NCBI GenBank assembly: GCA_045863855.1
Contig: BTVV01000126.1
Span: 1 to 17,734 of the forward strand
DNA: 17,734 nucleotides
DNA from: Planctomycetota bacterium
GTDB lineage: Bacteria > Planctomycetota > SZUA-567 > H5-PLA8
Direction: 5' to 3'
The translations under genes were made by a program, and so were the position numbers. Shown piece by piece: positions 7,421-15,239 of this stretch. The notes below the pieces were generated by a model that was not told the DNA's origin, did no database searches, and was given only the letters and a program-made list of their open reading frames with translations. The stretch's first letter is position 1; every line of letters starts with the position of its first letter.

Positions 7421-8839
7421 ATGCAGAAGATACTCATCATTGACGACGACGAGGGCGTTTGTTACTCCCTCGCGCGATTGCTTGCCAGCGACGATCGCCG
7501 AGTGACGGCGGTGCAGAACGTCGAAGCCGGATTCGAAGCGCTGCGCGGCGAGGATCCCGAACTGGTGCTCCTCGATGTACGCGTTGGCAAAGCCGACGGG
7601 CTCGATATTCTGCAAGCTATCCGCAAAGAGCGCCCGTTGCAGCTCGTCGTCATCATGACCGCGCACGGCACCACAGAGACGGCCATCGAAGCGATGAAGC
7701 GTGGCGCGTACGATTACCTGCTCAAGCCATTCGACAGCAAAACCCTCAAGGCGACCGTCGAGAAGGCGATGGCCACCGCGCGGCTTAACCGGCGCGTGAC
7801 GACCGATTCACCGGAAGATTCCCGCAAAGCGCCGCCCAGTGCCGACCGCATCATCGGGCGCAGCACTGCCATGCAGCGCGTTTACAAACTCATTGGGCAG
7901 GTTGCCACGCGCGATGTGCCCGTGCTCATTCGCGGCGAATCCGGCACCGGCAAGGAGCTCGTGGCACGAGCGCTCTGGCAGCACTCGGCGCGCAACGCCA
8001 AACAGTTTCTCGCCGTCAACTGTGCGGCGTTGACCGAAACGCTGCTCGAAAGCGAGCTGTTTGGGCACGAGAAAGGCGCGTTCACCGGCGCCGATACGCG
8101 CAAGCTCGGCAAGTTCGAACAGGCCGATAATGGCACGCTCTACCTGGATGAAGTGGGTGACATGAGCTTGGCCACGCAGGCTAAGATCCTGCGAGTGCTG
8201 CAGGACGGTACGTTCTACCGCGTGGGCGGGCACGAGACCATCAACGTCAACGTCCGCATCATCGCGGCCACGCACCAGGACCTGGAACTGCGCATCAAGG
8301 ATGGGCGCTTCCGCGAAGACCTTTACTACCGGCTGCGCGTCGTCGAAATCATGCTCCCGTCGCTGCGCGAACGGCGCGAGGACATCCCAGAACTGGTCCG
8401 GTACATGATCGCGCGGCACCGCGAAATTCTGATGAGCGAAGCGACCGAGGCCAGCGCCAAGGCCATGGACAAGCTCACCAGCTACGACTGGCCCGGTAAC
8501 GTCCGCCAGCTTGAGAACGTCATCCGGCGCGGTTTGGTGCTTTGCAACGGGCAGTCCATCACCATCGAGGATCTCGATTTCGGCCCCGACGGTCCGCGCA
8601 CCGAGTCCGGCGCGCCGCGCCAGGCGGCCGAAGAGGACATGGAGGCGCTGATCGACCGCTTGCTCGCCAGTGGAAAGGACAGCCTGATCGAAGAGATGGA
8701 GCGCCTGCTGATCGCCCGCGCTTTGGAAAAGATGAACGGGAACCAAGTCCGCACGGCCAAGCTTCTGGGCATCACGCGCAACACGCTGCGCAGCCGCCTG
8801 GAAAAATTCGGACTCAAACCGAAAGTAAACGTAATGTAG
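7421..8839 (+). CDS. Sigma-54-dependent NtrC/AtoC-family response regulator
   Basis: Receiver domain (IIDDD, LLD, MTAHG, KPF), Walker A GESGTGKE, ESELFGHEKGAFTGA, Walker B LYLDE, FREDLYYRL, WPGNVRQL and a Fis-type HTH (GNQVRTAKLLGITRNTL). GGGAG RBS. Confidence 0.97.
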   Translation: MQKILIIDDDEGVCYSLARLLASDDRRVTAVQNVEAGFEALRGEDPELVLLDVRVGKADGLDILQAIRKERPLQLVVIMTAHGTTETAIEAMKRGAYDYLLKPFDSKTLKATVEKAMATARLNRRVTTDSPEDSRKAPPSADRIIGRSTAMQRVYKLIGQVATRDVPVLIRGESGTGKELVARALWQHSARNAKQFLAVNCAALTETLLESELFGHEKGAFTGADTRKLGKFEQADNGTLYLDEVGDMSLATQAKILRVLQDGTFYRVGGHETINVNVRIIAATHQDLELRIKDGRFREDLYYRLRVVEIMLPSLRERREDIPELVRYMIARHREILMSEATEASAKAMDKLTSYDWPGNVRQLENVIRRGLVLCNGQSITIEDLDFGPDGPRTESGAPRQAAEEDMEALIDRLLASGKDSLIEEMERLLIARALEKMNGNQVRTAKLLGITRNTLRSRLEKFGLKPKVNVM

Positions 8840-8963
8840 CGCTTTCCGGGAGACGCCTGATTCTTAGCGTGCCTTGCAGTAACGATCGTTTGCGATTGGC
8901 CAGCTATCCGGCTTTGCCTGCCGTAACGGTGAGTACTTCGAAGACTGAACGGCTGGAAAGCGG

Positions 8964-8986
8964 CGGTTGAACCATCGGTTCAGCCG
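8964..8986. repeat. Intergenic hairpin upstream of aroC
   Basis: CGGTTGAACC-ATC-GGTTCAGCCG, a 10-bp stem with one G.U. No U-tract. Confidence 0.35.
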
Positions 8987-9081
8987 GCGACGATCTCGGC
9001 GCTCGAATCGCCACTCGCCAGTTTTCGCTTCGTTCACTATTATGCCTGCCGCGCAACAACCATTACGGAGAACCGCCCGAC

Positions 9082-10278
9082 GTGGCTTACCTCACTTTTC
9101 ATTCCGCCGGCGAGTCCCACGGCCGCGGCTGTTTCGCGTTTCTCGAAGGGTTGCCGTTCGGCGTCCCCGTCGATCTTGGTTTCATCAATGCGCAGCTCGC
9201 GCGGCGGCAGCTTGGGTACGGGCGCGGCGGGCGGATGAAGATCGAAAAGGATCAGGCCGAAGTCCTGAGTGGCGTGCGCAAAGGCGTGACCATGGGCGCG
9301 CCTGTGCTGCTGGCGGTTTTCAACAAAGACTTCCGGCTCGAGACCGCACCGGAGCTGTTCTGTCCGCGTCCCGGACACGCCGATCTGGCCGGACATTTGA
9401 AGTTCGATGCACCGATCCGCGATATTCTCGAACGCGCCAGCGCCCGCGAGACCGCCGCACGGGTCGCGGCCGGAGCGCTCTGCCGGTTGTTGCTCGCGCA
9501 GTTTGGCATCGAGATTCGCAGCCATGTCGTCGCGCTGGGGCCGGTCGAAGTGCCCACGGGCTTCAGCCCGGCTTGGGAGCAAATCGAGCGGGCCGACGCC
9601 AGCGAAGTCCGCTGTCTCGACACGGCGTGCGAAGGGGCCATGAAGGCCGCCATCGATGAAGCCAAGAAGGAAGGCAATACGCTCGGCGGCATCTTTGAAA
9701 TCGTGGTGCAGGGCCTGCCGGTGGGGCTAGGCGACCACACCCAGTGGGACCGTAAGCTCGACGGGCGAATCGCGCAGGGCATGATGTCGATTCAGGCGAT
9801 CAAAGGCGTCGAGATTGGCCTCGGATTCCGCGCGGCCCGTCTCGGCGGGCGGGAGGTTCACGACGCCATCCAGTACGATGCTGCGGCCGCGGGCGGCCGC
9901 GATCCGGCCGCCGCGTTCCGCCGTCCCACGAATGGAGCCGGCGGGCTGGAAGGCGGGATCACCAACGGCGCGCCGCTGGTAGTCCGCGCCGCCATGAAAC
10001 CGATCAGCACGCTGATGAAGCCGCTCATGAGCGTCGACTTGCAGACCGGGGAACCGTATAAGGCCGATATCGAGCGCAGCGATTTCTGTGCGCTTCCAGC
10101 CGCCAGTGTCGTTGGCGAGAATTTCCTCGCGTTCGTGCTCGCCCAGGCGCTTTGCGAAAAGTTCGGTGGCGATTCCCTGCGCGAGATGAAAGCGAACCAC
10201 GCCGCGTATCTCGAACACCTCAATCGCCCGCGCGGCGGCGGGAAGCCACAAGGCGGAGCCAGCGACGCCAGCGAGTAG
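9082..10278 (+). CDS. aroC: Chorismate synthase
   Basis: GESHG, RRQLGYGRGGRM, RPGHAD, ERASARETAARVA, SIQAIKGVEIG, GGLEGGITNG, MKPISTL, ERSD. GTG start with GGAGA RBS. Confidence 0.98.
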   Translation: MAYLTFHSAGESHGRGCFAFLEGLPFGVPVDLGFINAQLARRQLGYGRGGRMKIEKDQAEVLSGVRKGVTMGAPVLLAVFNKDFRLETAPELFCPRPGHADLAGHLKFDAPIRDILERASARETAARVAAGALCRLLLAQFGIEIRSHVVALGPVEVPTGFSPAWEQIERADASEVRCLDTACEGAMKAAIDEAKKEGNTLGGIFEIVVQGLPVGLGDHTQWDRKLDGRIAQGMMSIQAIKGVEIGLGFRAARLGGREVHDAIQYDAAAAGGRDPAAAFRRPTNGAGGLEGGITNGAPLVVRAAMKPISTLMKPLMSVDLQTGEPYKADIERSDFCALPAASVVGENFLAFVLAQALCEKFGGDSLREMKANHAAYLEHLNRPRGGGKPQGGASDASE

Positions 10279-10282
10279 GCGG

Positions 10283-10588
10283 TTATTCGTTACGCGTGGG
10301 CGGCGGGCGGTTACTTAGGCGTTTTATTACGTTCGCCGCGCAAGGCGCGCAGAGTACGAAGGTTTGGCTCACGCCCACCTCCTCGGCCATTCGTTCCGCG
10401 TCGGCTTCAGGCTGCGCCTCCAGCGTGCGCACCAAGGCCGCCAGTTCGTGTTTCAGGTCGCGCTCCAAATCTTTGGAGCCGATCTCCATCGGATCGTACG
10501 CTTGCTTCAATTCGAGGCGTGCGACGAAGCGCGAAGCCGGGTCCCGAAAGGCCTCGCCGCAGAGGGCGCACGTGTCGGCGTTTTTCAT
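10283..10588 (-). CDS. Small (101 aa) hypothetical protein with terminal CxxC pairs, putative zinc-binding
   Basis: [11 protein letters not shown]...[10 protein letters not shown] with an acidic helical middle. AAAGGA RBS-like sequence upstream of ATG 10588. Fills the gap between aroC and rnhA without overlap. Confidence 0.75.
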   Translation of the reverse strand: MKNADTCALCGEAFRDPASRFVARLELKQAYDPMEIGSKDLERDLKHELAALVRTLEAQPEADAERMAEEVGVSQTFVLCAPCAANVIKRLSNRPPPTRNE

Positions 10589-10645
10589 TCCGTGCCGGTC
10601 CTTTCGCCCTTGGCTCAGCGCGCGCCCGCGGCTACCTTGGTGCGC

Positions 10646-11113
10646 ATGAACGATCTCGCACGCGTGACCATCTTCTCCGACGGCGGTTCCAAACCCAATC
10701 CCGGTCCCGGCGGGTGGGCGGCCATCCTTAAGTATCCCGACAAAGCGGCCGAAAAGGAACTCTCCGGTTACGAAGCGGAGACCACCAACAATCGCATGGA
10801 GTTGACGGCCGTGACCCGCGCGCTTCAGCAGCTTAAGCGGCCCTGCTCCGTTACGGTCGTGACCGACAGCGAGTACCTCGCCAATGCGTTCCGGCAAGGG
10901 TGGCTGGCCAAGTGGAAACGCAACGGCTGGAAGACAGCCAGCAAAGAGCCGGTCAAGAATCAGGATCTTTGGGTCGCGCTCGATGCGTTGATGTCGCAAC
11001 ACCAGGTTACTTGGCAGTGGGTCCGCGGACACACCGGGCACCCGGAAAACGAGCGCTGCGACGAACTCGCCACGCGCGCCCGCGAATCCCGCGGCGCGGA
11101 CGTGGAGACGTAG
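10646..11113 (+). CDS. rnhA: Ribonuclease HI
   Basis: [65 protein letters not shown]. All four acidic catalytic residues are present. Start ATG 10646. Confidence 0.97.
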   Translation: MNDLARVTIFSDGGSKPNPGPGGWAAILKYPDKAAEKELSGYEAETTNNRMELTAVTRALQQLKRPCSVTVVTDSEYLANAFRQGWLAKWKRNGWKTASKEPVKNQDLWVALDALMSQHQVTWQWVRGHTGHPENERCDELATRARESRGADVET

Positions 11114-11128
11114 CGCCTGGAGCCAGCG

Positions 11129-12706
11129 ATGGATCTGCCCGCGCTCCTTGATGCGCTCGCGCGGCCCGGAGCGTATCCGCATCCCGTCGATCGAGTCGAG
11201 CTCTGCCAAACTCACATCAGCGCGGTTTTCCTGGCCGGGCCGTTCGCCTACAAGATCAAGAAACCCGTCAACTTCGGCTTTCTGGATTTCTCGACGCTCG
11301 AGCGCCGGCAGCACTTCTGCCACGAGGAAGTCAGGCTCAATCGCCGGCTCGCACCGGAGGTGTACCTCGGCGTCGTGCCGGTGGCGCTTGATACCGGGGG
11401 CTTACCGGCTTTCGAGACTCAGGGCGAACCCGTGGAGTTTGCCGTCAAAATGCGCCGGCTCGATCCGGCACTCACGCTTGAATCGCGGCTCGAATGCGGA
11501 ACCCTCTCGGCCGGGGAAGTGCGCCAACTCGGTTCGCGTTTGGCCGCCTTTCACGCACATGCCGAACGAAGTATGGACACCGCCGCCGGAGGCGCCTTCG
11601 TGGCCGTTGCCGCCAATGCGCGCGAAAACTTTACGCAGCTCGAGCCCGCGATTGGACGCACGCTTCGCCGGTCCGTTTTCGAACGCCTCCGAGCGCGCAC
11701 CGAGGCCGAGTTGGAACGCCTGCGGCCGCTGTTCGAGGCACGCGCCGCGCGCGGTGTGCCCTGCGACACTCACGGCGACTTGCATCTCGATCACGTGTAC
11801 CTCGATCCAAGTCGCTCGCCGCCCACCGATCTGACCATCGTGGACTGCATCGAGTTCAATACACGCTTTCGTTATGCCGATCCCGTCGCCGATCTGGCTT
11901 TTCTGGCCATGGACTTCGTATTTCACGGGCGGTCCGATTTTGCGCGCGAACTTTCAGATGCGTATTTCGCTTCGAGTGAAGACGCGGAAGGACGCGCCCT
12001 GCTTCCGTTTTATCTCGCCTATCGCGCGGTGGTGCGCGGGAAGGTCGAAGGGTTTGCACTCGAAGAGGTGGAGGTTCCGGAAGCCGAAAAGGCGCTGGAT
12101 CTCGCCCGGGCTCGCGCGCATTTCCTGCTTGCGCTGGGCACACTCGAATTGCCTGTCCAACGCCCCGCGCTGGTACTGTCGGCCGGACTTCCGGGCGCCG
12201 GCAAGTCGGTGCTTGCGCGGATGCTTGCCGAACGCGCCGGATTCGAACGCGTTGCCAGCGATGACGTACGCAAGGAACTTGCCGGTCTCCCGCCCACGCA
12301 GCGTGGCGGACTGGACCTGTATACCCCCGCAATGAGCGACCGGACGTACGCCGAAGTTTTGGAGCGTGTGCAATCGGGGCTGCTCGAAGGCAAGCGCATG
12401 CTCGCCGATGCGACCTTCATTCGGGAGGTGCGCCGCGAGGCTTTTCTGACCGCCGCCCGTGAGCTATGCGTTCCTGTACGAATTTTGGTTTGTACCGCAC
12501 CCGAATCGGTCATTTTGCCGCGGCTGGCCGCGCGCACCGGCGATTCCAGCGATGCCGACGCCGACGTTTACCGGCAGCTCAAATCGCAGTGGCAACCCAG
12601 CGGTCCGCGCACCCTGAAGGAAACGCGTATTCTGGATGCGTCGAACACACCGGATGCCACCTACGCTCAAGCAGAACAGGCGCTGCGCGAAGCGGGATTG
12701 ATCTGA
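11129..12706 (+). CDS. Bifunctional aminoglycoside-phosphotransferase-like / P-loop kinase (COG2187 + COG0645/AAA_33 type)
   Basis: QTHIS, AYKIKKPVNFGFLDFSTLERR, EVRLNRRLAP, HGDLHL, DCIEFN, then Walker A GLPGAGKS, SDDVRKEL, DATF, SDAD. GGAG RBS, 15 bp after rnhA. Confidence 0.92.
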   Translation: MDLPALLDALARPGAYPHPVDRVELCQTHISAVFLAGPFAYKIKKPVNFGFLDFSTLERRQHFCHEEVRLNRRLAPEVYLGVVPVALDTGGLPAFETQGEPVEFAVKMRRLDPALTLESRLECGTLSAGEVRQLGSRLAAFHAHAERSMDTAAGGAFVAVAANARENFTQLEPAIGRTLRRSVFERLRARTEAELERLRPLFEARAARGVPCDTHGDLHLDHVYLDPSRSPPTDLTIVDCIEFNTRFRYADPVADLAFLAMDFVFHGRSDFARELSDAYFASSEDAEGRALLPFYLAYRAVVRGKVEGFALEEVEVPEAEKALDLARARAHFLLALGTLELPVQRPALVLSAGLPGAGKSVLARMLAERAGFERVASDDVRKELAGLPPTQRGGLDLYTPAMSDRTYAEVLERVQSGLLEGKRMLADATFIREVRREAFLTAARELCVPVRILVCTAPESVILPRLAARTGDSSDADADVYRQLKSQWQPSGPRTLKETRILDASNTPDATYAQAEQALREAGLI

Positions 12707-12718
12707 TCGATGGTCTGC

Positions 12719-12745
12719 CGCCGCTTTCATTGGAGAAAGCTGGCG
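12719..12745. terminator. Hairpin between convergent genes, possible bidirectional terminator
   Basis: CGCC-GCTTTC-ATTGGA-GAAAGC-T-GGCG (10 bp with a 1-nt bulge) between the stop codons at 12706 and 12760. No clear U-tract. Confidence 0.35.
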
Positions 12746-12759
12746 CGCCCCCGTTTGCG

Positions 12760-13296
12760 TTAACGCCGAGTCTTTTGCCGTAAGGCGAACTCTTGTAGCA
12801 GCGCCGTGGCCTGGCTGCGCAGCACTCCGCCTTCGGCCGGCAACGCCGGCAACGCACCCGCCGCTCGAAACAAATTCAGGGCTGAGCCCGCGCCGCCAAG
12901 CGCTTCCCGGCTGGCGCCGAAGACGAGTTGCTTCACTTCCGGGTGCAAGCGCACCGCGCCCGCGCACATCAGGCACGGCTCGCGGGTGACGACCAGGACC
13001 AGTCCGTCCAAACCAATGGCTTGGAGCGCGCCATCCAGTTCGTCGGGCGGAAGGCCCGCGGCCTCGAACTCGGCTTTCATTTGTTCGGCTTGCGCCAGGC
13101 CCGATAGCGCCAGCATCGTGGCGTGCGCCGTCGGATCGTTCAAGGCACGGCGCTGATCGTGCGCACGGGCGACGATCCGGCCCGTGGCGGCCTCGACGAG
13201 CACCGCGCCGACGGGTTCTTCGCCGGCTTCAAGCGCGGCCTGAGCTTGCAGCAGCGCCGCGCGCATCCAGCGTTCGCTGTCGGAAGGGAAGGGCAT
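12760..13296 (-). CDS. TadA-like nucleoside deaminase homologue, predicted catalytically inactive (HAE to HAT)
   Basis: WMRAAL, GEEPVGAVLV, DPTAHATM, VTREPCLMCAGA, LVFGA, GGAGS, GGVL match the TadA fold. Zn ligands H58/C108/C111 are kept and the catalytic Glu is replaced by Thr60. Confidence 0.85.
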   Translation of the reverse strand: MPFPSDSERWMRAALLQAQAALEAGEEPVGAVLVEAATGRIVARAHDQRRALNDPTAHATMLALSGLAQAEQMKAEFEAAGLPPDELDGALQAIGLDGLVLVVTREPCLMCAGAVRLHPEVKQLVFGASREALGGAGSALNLFRAAGALPALPAEGGVLRSQATALLQEFALRQKTRR

Positions 13297-13385
13297 GGAC
13301 CTAAGGGCCTCAGCGCTTGCTTACCGGGAGCCACCCACGACAATGCTGCTGTCTCCTTTCTTACCTCGTTTGGGCCGACGCGTCG

Positions 13386-15239
13386 ATGAACCGTTCCTGG
13401 CTTACCGACCACCTTGGCCCCCTCGCCGTCGCGCTCCTGCTCGTGGTTTTCTTCGCCTTCGGGCTCGTCTACCCGCTCGGGCACGGGATGCTCCAGGCCG
13501 TGCGCGAACCCGAAGTTTCCGCGGCCCTGAACAAAGGCGAGACGCTGGCCGCCTTCGCCAGACGCATGGGCACCGACGAAGCGGATCTCCGCGCGCGCAA
13601 CGCGATAGCCGACGGGAGCGAACCGGCGCCCGAATCGAAGCTGGTCGTCACGCCCGCGCGCTGGACGCTCGACCACGTATTCGGCCTCTTTCACGCCGAC
13701 GCCGCGCCTTGGCGCTGGATGATCAACAGCTTGCTTCTGGCGGTGATCGTGACCGCATCCTGCATCGTCATCGGTTTCCCGCTTGCGTACTGGCAGGTCC
13801 GCACGCGATTCCCTATGCAGGCGTTGCTGGGAGGGCTGCTGCTTATCCCGTTGATACTGCCGCCGTTCGTCGGCGCCATCGGTCTGCGCCGGCTGCTTTC
13901 GCGCTACGGCTCGGTGAACCTGCTGCTCATGCAACTTGGGCTGGTGGACGAGACTTCGCCCATCGATTTTCTGGGCGAGCATCGCATGCTCGGCTGCGTG
14001 ATCGTCATGGTGCTGCATTTCTATCCGTTGATTTACCTCAACCTCTGCGCCGCGATCGGGAACATCGATCCGTCCCTGCTGGAAAGCGCGCGGAACCTGG
14101 GACTCGCTCCGCTGGGGGTCTTCCGGCGCGTCGTCCTGCCGCTGGCCGTTCCGGGACTGATTGCCGGGGGCAGTCTGGTCTTCGTCGGCGCTTTCACGGA
14201 TCTGGGAACGCCGCTGGTCTTCAGCTATCAGGAAGTCGTCGCGCAGCAGATCTTCGGACTGGCCAACGAACAGTCCGCGAATCCAGCCGCGCCGGCGTTG
14301 GTGGCGGTGGTCACGCTGCTGGTCGTCGCACTCTTTGGGATTACCCGCTGGTCGTTGGGAAAGTACGGCACGGGCGGGGGAGGGTCTAAGGGAGCGGCGC
14401 GCGGGCAGGTTACGAAGTTGACCGGCGGCGCGTCGGCGCTCGCGGTCGGCGCGCATCTGCTCGTGATCGGACTCGCCTTAGTCCCGCACGCGGCGGTGGT
14501 TCTCAGCGGGGTCGCGGGCAAATGGTTTCTCACCGTGCTTCCCGAATCGTGGACGCTCGGGCACATGCAGGAAGCGCTGGCTCATCCGCTCAGCCAGTTG
14601 GGCGTGCGCAATAGTCTGCTCTATGCGTTGGGCAGCACCTTCGTGGACGTGCTGCTGGGGCTCGCCTGCGCCTGGGTGATCGTGCGCCGCGGCGGATGGG
14701 CCGGACGCGTGCTCGACGCATTGACCCTCGCGCCGCTGGCGATTCCGGGCATCGTGCTCGCTTTCGGGTTCGTCGGGGTCTACGCCAAGTGGTACACGGG
14801 TTCCGAGGCGGCGCTATCGGTAGGCTGGTTCCTCGTGTTAAGCTATGCGGTGCGGCGGCTGCCCTACACCACGCGCGCGTGCGCGGCGGGGTTGGAGCAG
14901 ACGCCCAAGGCCCTGGAAGAGGCCTCGGGGAGTCTGGGCAGTTCGCCCGTACGGACGTTGCGGAAGATTACGGTGCCGCTCATCGCCGCCAACGTGGCGG
15001 CGGGCGCGATCCTGGCCTTCTCGTTCGCGTTGCTGGAAGTCGCCGACAGCCTGATCTTGGCGCAGCGCCCGGCCGACTATCCGCTCACGAAGGCGATTTA
15101 CGCGCTCTTTGGGCGCGTGGGCGACGGGGACCAGTTGGCTTCGGCGCTGGGGTTGTTCGCGCTGGGTTTCATGACGCTGGCGCTGCTTTCGGCCAGCGCG
15201 TTTCTGGGCCGTAAATGGGGAGAGTTGTTCCGCGGATGA
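13386..15239 (+). CDS. FbpB/ThiP-type ABC transporter permease (two TM modules) with a LysM-like insertion
   Basis: PLILPPFVGA, HFYPLIYL, EAA loops LLESARNLG and LEEASGSLG, FTDLGTPL, PLAIPGIVLAFG, SYAVRRLPY. LysM-like segment at about aa 44-90. ATG 13386 is preferred over 13317. Confidence 0.92.
   Translation: MNRSWLTDHLGPLAVALLLVVFFAFGLVYPLGHGMLQAVREPEVSAALNKGETLAAFARRMGTDEADLRARNAIADGSEPAPESKLVVTPARWTLDHVFGLFHADAAPWRWMINSLLLAVIVTASCIVIGFPLAYWQVRTRFPMQALLGGLLLIPLILPPFVGAIGLRRLLSRYGSVNLLLMQLGLVDETSPIDFLGEHRMLGCVIVMVLHFYPLIYLNLCAAIGNIDPSLLESARNLGLAPLGVFRRVVLPLAVPGLIAGGSLVFVGAFTDLGTPLVFSYQEVVAQQIFGLANEQSANPAAPALVAVVTLLVVALFGITRWSLGKYGTGGGGSKGAARGQVTKLTGGASALAVGAHLLVIGLALVPHAAVVLSGVAGKWFLTVLPESWTLGHMQEALAHPLSQLGVRNSLLYALGSTFVDVLLGLACAWVIVRRGGWAGRVLDALTLAPLAIPGIVLAFGFVGVYAKWYTGSEAALSVGWFLVLSYAVRRLPYTTRACAAGLEQTPKALEEASGSLGSSPVRTLRKITVPLIAANVAAGAILAFSFALLEVADSLILAQRPADYPLTKAIYALFGRVGDGDQLASALGLFALGFMTLALLSASAFLGRKWGELFRG

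Noticed and set aside
10364..10645. Apparent N-terminal extension of RNase HI
   Set aside because: Overlaps the minus-strand CxxC gene. RNase H homology begins at ATG 10646.
10589..11323. N-terminal 245 aa of the 346-aa minus-strand ORF
   Set aside because: Mostly antisense to rnhA and the kinase. Only the part from ATG 10588 looks like a protein.
11771..11797. HGDLHLDHV instead of HGDxxxxN in the APH-like domain, suggesting a dead kinase
   Set aside because: To my knowledge His at this position occurs in this family, and the catalytic Asp and DCIEF motif are intact.
13295..14389. 364-aa alternative plus-frame ORF over the permease
   Set aside because: Arg/Pro/Ala-rich off-frame translation. 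The permease frame is continuous, so no frameshift is needed.
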